NCBI GenBank assembly: GCA_038251535.1
Contig: JBBSBF010000001.1
Span: 2,232 to 66,231, forward strand
Length of the DNA: 64,000 bases
Source of the DNA: Minisyncoccia bacterium
GTDB lineage: Bacteria > Patescibacteriota > Minisyncoccia > Phycocordibacterales > UBA9973
Direction of reading: 5' to 3'
The translations under genes and the position numbers were made by a program. Positions 55,153-64,000 of this stretch are shown here, piece after piece. Each line of letters starts with the position of its first letter. Within the stretch, counting starts at the first letter, position 1. The notes under the pieces are model-generated. The model was not told where the DNA came from, did not search any database, and saw only the letters and a list, made by a program, of their open reading frames with translations.

Positions 55153-56013
55153 ATGAATGTACGAATAGCAGTAATATTGTGTTTATCCCTTTCATTTCTA
55201 GGGGTTACAAGTACTTATGCGATAGATCCGCCACAAATAACGGCAAAGGGGATTGCAATATATGGATGGAAAGACAATGTAGCAACTCCGATCTTGCTTA
55301 AAAAAGAACATCAACTTTTTCCAATCGCGAGTTTGACCAAACTAATCACGGCAAAGATCGCCGAGGACCTCTATCTGCCGGATAGAGTATTTACTATCAG
55401 TAAGGTAGCCGCTGCAACCGAAGGCACGATACCGGGTATAGTCGCCGGAGCGACGTTCACTCGCGATGATTTGCTCAAGGCACTCTTGATCAACTCGAGT
55501 AACGATGCGGCAGTTGCACTGATGGAGCCAGTTGGAGCAAAGACATTCATCGATCGCATGAACGATGAGTTGCATACGAAAAATTATACTACGACTTCGT
55601 TTATCAATCCTTCTGGATTGGACCCAAGTAAAAAAAGCAAACTCAAACCAAACCGTTTGACACCGTATCATCTCACTGAAATACTCAATGATATATACCT
55701 AAATGATTCTTTTTTGGCGGGGATCCTCGACAGTAACAATGTCGAGATTACCAATCTAACTGACAACACACCGGTGTCGCTCAAGCAAACCAATGCGTTG
55801 TTTCGGGATGACATATATAAAAATAAAATGTGGATGAGTAAGACTGGGCTGACCAATATGGCAGGACAAAACCTTGCCTTTGTCACTGACGGAGGGACCG
55901 CCTATGACTATGTGACGGTAGTGTTTTTGGGGTCAAAGGGGAGAACAGTGGATTCAAAGAAACTACTGGATTGGCTCGACCTCGTCGTCAATAATCAAAA
56001 CTATGGAGGATAA
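55153..56013 (+). CDS. D-alanyl-D-alanine carboxypeptidase (serine peptidase S11, PBP5-like)
   Basis: Signal peptide; SxxK IASLTK; SxN SSND; 286 aa. Confidence 0.75.
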   Translation: MNVRIAVILCLSLSFLGVTSTYAIDPPQITAKGIAIYGWKDNVATPILLKKEHQLFPIASLTKLITAKIAEDLYLPDRVFTISKVAAATEGTIPGIVAGATFTRDDLLKALLINSSNDAAVALMEPVGAKTFIDRMNDELHTKNYTTTSFINPSGLDPSKKSKLKPNRLTPYHLTEILNDIYLNDSFLAGILDSNNVEITNLTDNTPVSLKQTNALFRDDIYKNKMWMSKTGLTNMAGQNLAFVTDGGTAYDYVTVVFLGSKGRTVDSKKLLDWLDLVVNNQNYGG

Positions 56014-56095
56014 ATCAAATTCGTGATTATCAATACTGATTGATTGTTGAAAAAGGAGTATACTGGGGGTATTATCATAATAGATCAACACACTA

Positions 56096-56197
56096 TGAAC
56101 CAACAAAAAGGAAACACGAACGGTACTCTATTGGTAGTAATCCTCGTCGTCATTGTCGGGTTTGTTGTCTGGTATGTGACGTCGCTTAATACATAAC
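56096..56197 (+). CDS. Small single-TM peptide (33 aa), hypothetical
   Basis: MNQQKGNTNGTLLVVILVVIVGFVVWYVTSLNT. Confidence 0.25.
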
Positions 56198-56340
56198 CAC
56201 AGCCTCAAGGAGTCCAAATCAATCTCGGTGGTACCTCTAGGCAACAATAAGACAATAAACGATCTTGGTTGACTGGGAAGTAGATTTTGGGAAAGCATTT
56301 CGCATGATATGCATCAATAATACCAAGGCTCAGGTCCGAG

Positions 56341-56369
56341 TTGACATTCAAAACAAAGGGTGTTATCAT
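56341..56369 (+). promoter_or_regulatory. Sigma-70 promoter (TTGACA-17 nt-TATCAT) upstream of the DEAD-box helicase
   Basis: ttgaca ttcaaaacaaagggtgt tatcat. Confidence 0.5.
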
Positions 56370-56448
56370 AGCTCATTATTCTAAATATATTGTGTTATTG
56401 ACTACTCGGTCAGGTTGACACAGTAGAACAATAAAAATAACACAACAT

Positions 56449-57726
56449 ATGATCATCACGAACACGCGCCCAGCGCGAAAAACAACACGTACTTTTTCTA
56501 GTAAAACAAGCGCACCATCTCGACCCTCTTCGGGTTCTCGCTATTCGAGCGCAAAACCATCGTACGGTGGGAGTCGATATGGCGCCAAGCGTCCGACGAG
56601 CAACCGACGCGGACCCAAAGCAGACTTCATCGACGAAAACCGGTTTATCAACAAAGCAGCCGTAAATGAAGTGGAAGTAGTATACAATCCAAAACACACG
56701 TTTTCTGATTTCAATATTCACGAACAGCTTGGGATAAACCTCGCAAAGAAAAATTTTATTCACCCTTCTCCGATCCAAGATCAGGCGATCCCCGTGCTCC
56801 TCGAAGGTAAAGACGTTATCGGTATTGCAAGTACTGGTACTGGCAAGACTGCGGCGTTTTTGATCCCGATCATCAACAAGTTTGTCGAAGACCGTCGTCA
56901 TCAGGCGATGATACTCACTCCAACACGTGAACTCGCACAACAAGTCGAAGAAGAATTTCGAATCTTTACCGTAGGGATGCGTCTCTACAGTGTCTCTGCA
57001 GTTGGTGGACTTCCGATCACGAAACAGATTCGTGAGATCGATCAAGGTGTTCATATCGTCATTGGTACTCCAGGACGAGTCAAGGACCTCATCGCTCGCG
57101 GCAAAATCAAAATGGCTGACTTCAACACGATCGTCCTCGATGAGGCTGATCGAATGCTTGATATGGGATTTGTCGATGACATGCGTGAGATACTCGGGGC
57201 GATGCCAAAGGAAAAGCACGGGATGTTTTTCTCTGCAACGTTTTCTGGTCCGATCAAAGCACTTTGTAGCGACTTTTTGCGCGATCCAGTGACGATCTCA
57301 CTTAAAACACGTGATACCTCAGCAAGCGTTGATCAAGACGTTATTCGTGTACCTCGTGGGATGGAAAAGATCGAAGTGCTTCAGGACTTACTCAATAAGC
57401 CTGATTTCAAGAAAGTGCTCATTTTCCGTGAGACAAAACGAAATACTGACGATCTCGCAAAAGATCTCAAGAAACGTGGATTTTCTGCTCTGGCACTTCA
57501 TGGAGACATGCGCAGTCGTGAGCGAATGCGCGCAGTTGAATCCTTTTCAAAAGGCACAACTGCAATTGTTGTTGCAACAGATGTTGCAGCACGAGGTATC
57601 GACATCCCTGATATCACCCACGTTATCAACTATGACGTACCTTCGACATACGATACCTACATTCACCGTATTGGACGAACGGGCCGTGCCAACAAAAAAG
57701 GTGTGGCATTGACATTTGTTCGGTAA
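56449..57726 (+). CDS. DEAD-box ATP-dependent RNA helicase with N-terminal Arg/Ser-rich extension
   Basis: Q motif; motif I ASTGTGKTAAF; motif II VLDEADRML; SAT; HRIGRTGRA. Confidence 0.9.
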   Translation: MIITNTRPARKTTRTFSSKTSAPSRPSSGSRYSSAKPSYGGSRYGAKRPTSNRRGPKADFIDENRFINKAAVNEVEVVYNPKHTFSDFNIHEQLGINLAKKNFIHPSPIQDQAIPVLLEGKDVIGIASTGTGKTAAFLIPIINKFVEDRRHQAMILTPTRELAQQVEEEFRIFTVGMRLYSVSAVGGLPITKQIREIDQGVHIVIGTPGRVKDLIARGKIKMADFNTIVLDEADRMLDMGFVDDMREILGAMPKEKHGMFFSATFSGPIKALCSDFLRDPVTISLKTRDTSASVDQDVIRVPRGMEKIEVLQDLLNKPDFKKVLIFRETKRNTDDLAKDLKKRGFSALALHGDMRSRERMRAVESFSKGTTAIVVATDVAARGIDIPDITHVINYDVPSTYDTYIHRIGRTGRANKKGVALTFVR

Positions 57727-57747
57727 GTAACTTTTACTATGCTTTGA

Positions 57748-57819
57748 GCCGTTGATCGGGATTGAACCGATGACCTCCCCATTACCAATGGAGTGCTCTA
57801 CCAACTGAGCTACAACGGC
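57748..57819 (-). tRNA. tRNA-Thr (anticodon GGT)
   Basis: Reverse complement gccgttg-ta-gctcagttggtagagc...ctcca-ttGGTaa-tgggg...atcggTTCAATCccgat-caacggc-t. Confidence 0.8.
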
Positions 57820-57980
57820 ATTTAATTGAACCTATAAAAAGATACCACAAAAACTTCTTTTTTCAACATAATTGATATTAGGGTGGTTTAACCTGGCTTT
57901 GTCTTTTTTAATTTTTCTGTTATAGTGGAGTGCTTAAGTTCTGCCCCATAGCGGGCCTTTATTTTATAAAAAACAACATT

Positions 57981-59780
57981 ATGGAAATTCGAAATATCGC
58001 AATCATTGCCCATGTGGACCATGGAAAAACAACACTAACAGACAAAATGCTCGCCTTTTGCGGAGAGGTGCTTGATGGCGCGTCTATGGACTCCAACGCC
58101 ATCGAACTCGAACGTGGGATCACCATCTATGCAAAAAACACTGCAGTTTTTTACAAAGATACAAAAATCAATATCGTCGACACTCCTGGACACGCGGATT
58201 TTGGCTCAGAGGTAGAGCGTGTATTGCGAAGCATTGACTCAGTGCTCTTGATTGTCGATGCGCAAGAAGGACCAATGCCTCAAACTCGCTTTGTTTTGAA
58301 AAAATCCCTCGAACTCGGTCTCAAACCCATCGTCGTCATCAACAAGATAGATAAACCAGGAGCTGATTGTGCTGGTACGCACGATGCAGTGTTTGAACTC
58401 TTTATGGAGCTCGGCGCTACTGATGAACAACTTGATTTCACTACCGTCTATGCGATTGGGCGAGATGGAGTAGCTATGCGAGAACCAAACGATGAGAAAA
58501 AAGATCTCGCGCCACTTTTTGATACGATCCTTGAAAAAGTCCCGGTTGCGATCAACGATACGACCAAGTCATTTCGTATGCAGGCATTTAACCTTGCGTA
58601 TGACAACTTTCTCGGACGTCTCGCCGCAGGACGTGTGTATGAAGGAATTGCAAAGGCAGGAGACATCGTATTTGTTAAAACGATTGATGGCGAAGCTCGA
58701 CAAGCAAAGATCACCAAACTCTTTACCTTTCACGGTATGAAGCGTGAAGAAGTAGCCGAGGCGGTTGCAGGAGACATCGTCATGGTGGCAGGTATTCCGG
58801 ACATCTTTATCGGAGAGACCATCAGTACGGACAAAAACGCCGAACTATTGCCTGCGATCACGATCGATGAACCGACTATTGTGTTGGACTTTTTGGTCAA
58901 CAACTCACCGTTTGCAGGGAAAGAAGGGAAGTTTGTAACGAGTCGACAGATTCGAGAACGACTTGAGCGAGAGCTTGAAGTGAACGTTGGACTCAAGGTT
59001 GATTTCACTGCAAACCCTGATCGTATCGCCGAAGGCTTTACGGTGTTTGGACGCGGAGAAATGCACATTGCAGTCTTGCTCGAAACCATGCGACGAGAAG
59101 GATACGAAATCCAAGTCTCACAACCACAGGTCATCATCAAAGAAATAGAAGGCAAAAAGAGCGAGCCGTTTGAAGAAGTCACGATCGACGCACCTACCGA
59201 ACATCAGGGCGTTATTATCGAGAAGCTCGGCATGCGTGGGTTTATCATGGGAGATATGAAGTTGCACTCAACTACCGTGCGCATGGTGTTTACTGGTCCT
59301 ACTCGTGGACTCCTCGGATATCGAAACCAGTTTCTCGTTGATACAAAAGGCGAGGGCATCATGAGTGCTCGTGTGCTCGGGTTCCGTGCCTACGCAGGTG
59401 AGATCACGCGTCGCCAAGTTGGAAGCATGATCTCTATGGAAAACGGCAAGGCACTCGCATTTGCGCTCTGGGGACTACAAGATCGTGGCACGCTCTACAT
59501 CGGTCCGCAGACGGAAGTCTACGAAGGTATGGTGATCGGAAATACCAGTAAGGGTGAAGAAATGAAAGTAAACCCAACAAAAGGAAAGCAACTCACTAAC
59601 ATGCGTGCATCAGGAACTGATGAAGCAGTAACGATCATCCCACCTTGGACGATGACGATCGAACGTGGACTGGAAGTCATGAGTGATGATGAATTTCTCG
59701 AAGTTACTCCGATGAGCGTACGCTTGCGCAAGCAGTATCTCAATGAGACAGAACGGACGAAGGCGAAACGAGGGAAATAA
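57981..59780 (+). CDS. typA: Translational GTPase TypA/BipA
   Basis: [19 protein letters not shown]; [14 protein letters not shown]; NKIDK; EF-G-like domains II-V. Confidence 0.9.
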   Translation: MEIRNIAIIAHVDHGKTTLTDKMLAFCGEVLDGASMDSNAIELERGITIYAKNTAVFYKDTKINIVDTPGHADFGSEVERVLRSIDSVLLIVDAQEGPMPQTRFVLKKSLELGLKPIVVINKIDKPGADCAGTHDAVFELFMELGATDEQLDFTTVYAIGRDGVAMREPNDEKKDLAPLFDTILEKVPVAINDTTKSFRMQAFNLAYDNFLGRLAAGRVYEGIAKAGDIVFVKTIDGEARQAKITKLFTFHGMKREEVAEAVAGDIVMVAGIPDIFIGETISTDKNAELLPAITIDEPTIVLDFLVNNSPFAGKEGKFVTSRQIRERLERELEVNVGLKVDFTANPDRIAEGFTVFGRGEMHIAVLLETMRREGYEIQVSQPQVIIKEIEGKKSEPFEEVTIDAPTEHQGVIIEKLGMRGFIMGDMKLHSTTVRMVFTGPTRGLLGYRNQFLVDTKGEGIMSARVLGFRAYAGEITRRQVGSMISMENGKALAFALWGLQDRGTLYIGPQTEVYEGMVIGNTSKGEEMKVNPTKGKQLTNMRASGTDEAVTIIPPWTMTIERGLEVMSDDEFLEVTPMSVRLRKQYLNETERTKAKRGK

Positions 59781-59784
59781 AAAA

Positions 59785-59802
59785 CCATCACGTACGTGAT
59801 GG
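59785..59802 (+). terminator. Hairpin terminator after typA
   Basis: ccatcacgtacgtgatgg, a perfect palindrome. Confidence 0.55.
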
Positions 59803-59811
59803 AATATTTGT

Positions 59812-60066
59812 CTATGAGAGTTGTATATGCTCCCATGTAAAGGCCATTGCATAAAATATTGTGCAGCAAATAGCAACCAAAAAAAAGATTTTTTTAGCGA
59901 TCTTTATATCCCTTTTGGATTGTTCTATCTCGCTAAAATGACGAAGGGAATGATCGCTTGATTTTACTAACTGGTGTAAATGACTGTGTGCATTCAAAAT
60001 CACCCATATCACTATCCCCGAAAGCAGGAAGCATACGGTCGCAAGTATCAAGAAATATATTTTCAT
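59812..60066 (-). CDS. Small two-TM membrane protein (84 aa)
   Basis: IYFLILATVCFLLSGIVIWVIL...FFLVAICCTIFYAMAF. Confidence 0.4.
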   Translation of the reverse strand: MKIYFLILATVCFLLSGIVIWVILNAHSHLHQLVKSSDHSLRHFSEIEQSKRDIKIAKKIFFLVAICCTIFYAMAFTWEHIQLS

Positions 60067-60080
60067 ATTAAATGTAGTTT

Positions 60081-60824
60081 TTGCAATATTACAACTTATC
60101 TGGTACTATGTCAACCATGAACGAAAAACGACTCAAAGAATTTTGGAACAAGGAATACAACGACCCAGGGATGTTTGCGCTCTCAGATGAAGTGAGCGCT
60201 GACTTGGTGAAATTTACTCGTTGGATGCAAAAGGAGTATGGCAAGGATGCCATCCGCTCTGATACTACTGTCGTAGATGCAGGGTGTGGTAATGGTCGCA
60301 ATCTCCTTTGGCTCAACGAGATGTATCGTGTGCGCGGATATGGATATGACATTTCCGAAATAGCGATTGCACAAGCGCAGGCAATAGCAGTCAAACAAAA
60401 GTGGGGGAGCAAACTCGCATTTTCTGTCCGTTCTCTTGATGAGCTTATCGCACTTCCAAATGACAGCGTTGATATCGTCATCGACGCGATGAGTAGTCAC
60501 TTTCTCAAGAACGTCGAACGAGCGAGATTTATCTTAGAAGTTGCACGAATACTCAAACCGCAGGGAGTGCTTTTTTTCAAGTCATTTTACGCAGAGCGCG
60601 ATACACACACGAAAGAAATGCTTGAGAAATACGGCGCAGGCGAAGAAAATGCATACATCCATCCCAAGCTCAAAGTGTACGAATACGTTTGGACCGACAA
60701 GGCACTAGAGGAATCGTTTGGTGAGCAGTTTGTCATGATGAAAAAAGAAGCGTCGGGTAAGCACCACATCAAAGGCAAACCCGCCAAACGTCGCAGTATC
60801 GTGTGTTATTTTGAGAAGAAATAA
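60081..60824 (+). CDS. Class I SAM-dependent methyltransferase
   Basis: Motif I VVDAGCGNGRNLL; motif post-I GYDISE; true start may be an internal Met (MSTMNEK / MNEK). Confidence 0.7.
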   Translation: MQYYNLSGTMSTMNEKRLKEFWNKEYNDPGMFALSDEVSADLVKFTRWMQKEYGKDAIRSDTTVVDAGCGNGRNLLWLNEMYRVRGYGYDISEIAIAQAQAIAVKQKWGSKLAFSVRSLDELIALPNDSVDIVIDAMSSHFLKNVERARFILEVARILKPQGVLFFKSFYAERDTHTKEMLEKYGAGEENAYIHPKLKVYEYVWTDKALEESFGEQFVMMKKEASGKHHIKGKPAKRRSIVCYFEKK

Positions 60825-60827
60825 AAA

Positions 60828-60846
60828 ATCCCACAAAGTGGGACTA
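60828..60846. terminator. Bidirectional hairpin terminator
   Basis: aaaaaatcccac-aaa-gtgggactaaaaa between convergent genes. Confidence 0.6.
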
Positions 60847-61278
60847 AAAATGAATACGATGCCAAAGAGTTGGTGAATGCAAAATTTGGCTTATCGCCAT
60901 AATAATCATCCACATCACTACGTCTAGAGCAAAAAAAATAATTAATTGTTTATTGCGTTTCGTAGATATTCGAATTTTGAGGAAAGGGATTTTATACGTT
61001 TCCTTTACCTGAGTCGGTTCTTCGTAAAAGTTTCCAACATCGATGCAAGCCGCAACAATAAAGACGAAAGAAATACTGATAAAAATCCAGAAAGAACAAA
61101 ACAACAACGCAGCAAAGGTAATCATGTGGCGAATGATTAAAAACCACATAAATGCAAAGCTGATAAGTGGATCTTTGCGCATGCTCAATAGTTGAACAAG
61201 CACGATGAAACCATATATCGCAACAATAAAAAGCTGACTTGTCGTTGTTGTGCTTTCATTAAAAAATGAAGTCATCAT
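60844..61278 (-). CDS. Multi-TM membrane protein (144 aa), hypothetical
   Basis: Four hydrophobic helices. Confidence 0.45.
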   Translation of the reverse strand: MMTSFFNESTTTTSQLFIVAIYGFIVLVQLLSMRKDPLISFAFMWFLIIRHMITFAALLFCSFWIFISISFVFIVAACIDVGNFYEEPTQVKETYKIPFLKIRISTKRNKQLIIFFALDVVMWMIIMAISQILHSPTLWHRIHF

Positions 61279-61368
61279 AGTAAAGTTTTGATTGACTTTA
61301 CTTTTTTTATAGGGAATGTCAAATAACGCCTTTTAAAAAAACATAAATTACTATAGGATATCTTTGTT

Positions 61369-61441
61369 GCCACCTTAGCTCAGTTGGTAGAGCACAGCTT
61401 TCGTAAAGCTGGGGTCCCGAGTTCGATCCTCGGAGGTGGCT
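61369..61441 (+). tRNA. tRNA-Thr (anticodon CGT)
   Basis: gccacct-ta-gctcagttggtagagc-a-cagct-ttCGTaa-agctg...cgaggTTCGATCctcgg-aggtggc-t. Confidence 0.85.
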
Positions 61442-61460
61442 CAAGAATAGAGAGGTAGAT

Positions 61461-62654
61461 TTGAACAAAAAGCGCTATACTAGAGGTATGAAGGTACCGC
61501 TCAAGCAAAAATTGCCTCCAAAACCCCGTGTATTGTTGTTTTATGATGCGGACCACCAGATAGATGTAGCACACCCTCTCTACTCAGAGATCACCGTGTT
61601 TGGAGAAAAGTTCGAAGAAGTGCATGTCATCGTTACGCTCAAACAACTACCCAACAAGTTTCCCTTTGCGAGTACTCTCGGATCAAATATATTTCTTTAC
61701 TACATTTGTGAAGGCAGCATTATATTTACCTTTGATGAGATTCGGCCATTTTTGCGTTATCACCTCGTATGGAGAGCGAGATTTCGTCCTGACCTCATAC
61801 TCAACTATTCGGAGCGCAGTACGATATGGATCGCGTATTTCTTTGCGAGACACTATCAGCGCCCGCTCACCATGGTGACGTCGGGTACATTTTTAGACCT
61901 CCCTTTTTTCTCTCGCATGCAACTGCGTCAGTATATAGTTGCAAAGAGTGCAACGCAGATCATTGCTCCAGGGGAATTCATTGCAAATAACCTCATTAGT
62001 CGAATTCATGTTAGAACAGAAAAAGTTTCTGTGATAACACCAGCCATTGATATGAAATTTTTAGAAGGAAAGATTGCTCCAATCAGTTTTGCCAAACAAT
62101 TTCCTCCAAGTGTTTTTTTTCTCGTCAGCCATGTTACTGCCGCACACCAGAGAGATTTGGCATTTTTGTTGAATGTCTATACTGAGATTCATGCGCGATA
62201 TCGATGGGCTGGATTGGTGCTCATGGTGCCGAGCGCCCATGTTGGAGCGATTGAAAAAATCGTTGCGACAAAACAGGATACATCTATCAACGTTGTTGGA
62301 GCAGACGATACGATCGGCAATTATTTTGCAGGAGCGAATATATTTTTGTCAGTATCCGAATCAGCCGACACCACAAAAGCATTGATCCAATCGCTGAGTC
62401 TCCATACGCCAGTAGTCACTACTGCCACTCCTACTGCAAAAGAAATATTTACCGGATCGAGATACGAGCAGTTTGTGCAACCCTTTGGAGATGTCCGCGC
62501 GTACAGCGCCGCAGTCATTGAGCTGATCGAACATCAACAGGTGCGAGACGAGTATCGACTAAACGCATCAGTGTTGTTGGATAAAATTAAAGTGCAAACG
62601 GTGCCAGGGTATATGGCGACTCTCATCGCAACCATAACAAAGACTGTAGAATAA
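61461..62654 (+). CDS. Glycosyltransferase, GT-B fold (group 1/GT4-like)
   Basis: Two-Rossmann-domain architecture; C-terminal donor-binding region (...VVTTATPTAKEIF...); no strong motif legible by eye. Confidence 0.5.
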   Translation: MNKKRYTRGMKVPLKQKLPPKPRVLLFYDADHQIDVAHPLYSEITVFGEKFEEVHVIVTLKQLPNKFPFASTLGSNIFLYYICEGSIIFTFDEIRPFLRYHLVWRARFRPDLILNYSERSTIWIAYFFARHYQRPLTMVTSGTFLDLPFFSRMQLRQYIVAKSATQIIAPGEFIANNLISRIHVRTEKVSVITPAIDMKFLEGKIAPISFAKQFPPSVFFLVSHVTAAHQRDLAFLLNVYTEIHARYRWAGLVLMVPSAHVGAIEKIVATKQDTSINVVGADDTIGNYFAGANIFLSVSESADTTKALIQSLSLHTPVVTTATPTAKEIFTGSRYEQFVQPFGDVRAYSAAVIELIEHQQVRDEYRLNASVLLDKIKVQTVPGYMATLIATITKTVE

Positions 62655-62655
62655 T

Positions 62656-63537
62656 ATGGATGCGGAAATGATACAAAAGCAAATACTTGAGATAGAACAC
62701 GCGATGACGCAGAATAATTTTTGGCAAGACAAAGTAGTGGCACAAGAAAAGATAAAGCTACTCCAAGAGCTCAAGGATCAGTTGCTAGGGGGTGAAAAGT
62801 ATGACAAAGGAAATGCAATCATCACTATTTTTTCTGGAGCAGGAGGGGACGACGCCGAGGACTTTAGCGCCATGTTACTGCGTATGTACTCTAAATACAT
62901 TGAACAAAAAGGCTGGGGACTACAACCGCTTCATGAACACACCAATGATCATGGAGGATATCGCAATGTGGCGTTTGAGGTCGAGGGAAAGGGTGCATTT
63001 GGTGCACTAAAAAACGAATCAGGCGTGCATCGATTGGTACGTATTTCACCGTTCAATGCAAATGCGAAACGGCACACCTCGTTTTCGCTCGTAGAAGTTA
63101 TTCCTAAACTTACCAAGGCAGATACGACAGTGGTGATCCCAGAGAAGGATCTTGAGATATCATTTGCGCGTTCTGGTGGGCCAGGTGGACAAAATGTAAA
63201 CAAACGCGAGACAGCAGTTCGTATCGTACACATGCCAACGGGGCTCGCGGTGCATGTGACGAGTGAACGCAGTCAAGAACAAAATCGCGAGCGAGGACTC
63301 GAGTTGTTGAAAGGGAAGCTCTACAAACGTCAAGAAGAAGAACGCATAGCCCGCGAAAAGGGTCTCTACATCTCAAAGACAACAGAAATCGAATGGGGCA
63401 ATCAGATTCGTTCGTACGTATTGCATCCGTACAAAATGGTCAAAGACCACCGTACTGGTGTAGAGACCGGTAATGTTGATAAAGTCTTGAACGATGGCGA
63501 TATTGATGAGTTTATTGAGGCAGAACAATCGCTGTAA
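62656..63537 (+). CDS. prfB: Peptide chain release factor 2 (short form, no programmed frameshift)
   Basis: SPF tripeptide RISPFNANAKRHTSF; GGQ motif SGGPGGQNVNKRETAVRIVHMPTG; 293 aa. Confidence 0.85.
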   Translation: MDAEMIQKQILEIEHAMTQNNFWQDKVVAQEKIKLLQELKDQLLGGEKYDKGNAIITIFSGAGGDDAEDFSAMLLRMYSKYIEQKGWGLQPLHEHTNDHGGYRNVAFEVEGKGAFGALKNESGVHRLVRISPFNANAKRHTSFSLVEVIPKLTKADTTVVIPEKDLEISFARSGGPGGQNVNKRETAVRIVHMPTGLAVHVTSERSQEQNRERGLELLKGKLYKRQEEERIAREKGLYISKTTEIEWGNQIRSYVLHPYKMVKDHRTGVETGNVDKVLNDGDIDEFIEAEQSL

Positions 63538-63577
63538 AAAAACTTTAGAACTCAATATGTTATACTAAAACATTGTT

Positions 63578-64000
63578 ATGATAAAATTTGTAAATGTCTC
63601 CAAAGTCTATCCAAATGGTTCAGTTGCCCTAGAAAATATCAACCTCGATATTGCCACAGGGGACTTCGTAACTATTATCGGCCCATCGGGTGCTGGCAAA
63701 ACGACACTGACCAAACTCATACTTTCCGAAGAAGAACCAACTGAAGGATCAGTATTGTTTGAAAACATCGATATCAACACGCTCTCTCGAGGAGAAACCA
63801 CACAGCTACGTCGTCGTGTCGGGACAGTATTTCAAGAATTTCGACTACTCGGAAGCAAAACTGCATATGAAAATATCGCCTTTGCAATGGAAGCCGCGGG
63901 TAAAAGTGATGAAGAAATAGTCTCTGATGTACCACACGTCCTGCAACTCGTTGATTTACAGGATCGAATGTTTCATTTCCCAAATCAACTATCCGGTGGA
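63578..64000 (+). CDS. ftsE: Cell-division ABC transporter ATP-binding protein FtsE (3' end outside window)
   Basis: MIKFVNVSKVYPNGSVALENINLDIATGDFVTIIGPSGAGKTTL...; the signature LSGG sits at the window edge. Confidence 0.8.
   Translation, partial: MIKFVNVSKVYPNGSVALENINLDIATGDFVTIIGPSGAGKTTLTKLILSEEEPTEGSVLFENIDINTLSRGETTQLRRRVGTVFQEFRLLGSKTAYENIAFAMEAAGKSDEEIVSDVPHVLQLVDLQDRMFHFPNQLSGG

Noticed and set aside
56410-57219. 269-aa minus-strand ORF antisense to the DEAD-box helicase
   Set aside because: It fully overlaps a gene with unambiguous helicase motifs on the other strand. Its composition (C/R/S-rich) is typical of antisense-frame artefacts.
62590-62670. Programmed +1 frameshift site for prfB
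   Set aside because: No CTT-TGA-C motif or upstream N-terminal segment in another frame. The preceding sequence is the 3' end of the glycosyltransferase gene.

Overview
This 64 kb window is AT-rich and densely packed with short genes separated by consensus TTGACA/TATAAT promoters and clean hairpin terminators. The gene content suggests a small-genome, Candidate-Phyla-Radiation-like (Patescibacteria/Parcubacteria-type) bacterium; this is an inference from the sequence, not a database result.

Most of the window is housekeeping: ClpB (5' truncated), RlmB, GluRS, EngB, RelA/SpoT, TopA, DprA, SerS, a Dus enzyme, DnaX, ParB, MiaA, YchF, BipA, RF2, FtsE (3' truncated), ABC-F, a DEAD-box helicase, NDH-2, UDG family 4, an ECF sigma/anti-sigma pair and bL33. 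There are six tRNAs: Tyr-GTA, Trp-CCA, Leu-CAA, Gln-TTG, Thr-GGT and Thr-CGT.

Three accessory regions stand out:
- (a) 7.0-11.2 kb holds three GH130 mannoside-phosphorylase modules, a HAD phosphatase and a mannose-6-phosphate-isomerase cupin, which look like a mannoside recycling module.
- (b) 13-26 kb holds a PIF1/RecD-like helicase, a zinc-ribbon protein, a VirD4/HerA-like ATPase, a secreted lamin-tail-domain protein and a 1116-aa beta-helix surface protein carrying a lytic-transglycosylase (SLT) motif.
- (c) 45.56-50.56 kb is the most unusual region. tRNA-Gln is followed by partial copies of itself and then by about eight small, unrelated ORFs in both orientations. Each ORF is bounded by a ~30-40 nt repeat (TTGTCAAT-N7-GTTCTAACATCGTCCCACAGCGCCAGC) that resembles a degenerate tRNA-Gln T-arm/acceptor 3' end. 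This reads as an integron-like, tRNA-anchored cassette array, and no recombinase gene is present in the window.

A conserved ~55-nt core (GAACGARGYGAYTATAAAAAYAGTGSATCTCGACC...GAGAGGC) is embedded in a ~120-130 nt element. That element duplicates the 3' end of the adjacent tRNA, and it occurs downstream of both tRNA-Tyr and tRNA-Gln, with a further copy inside the array. It looks like a tRNA-3'-end-targeting element.
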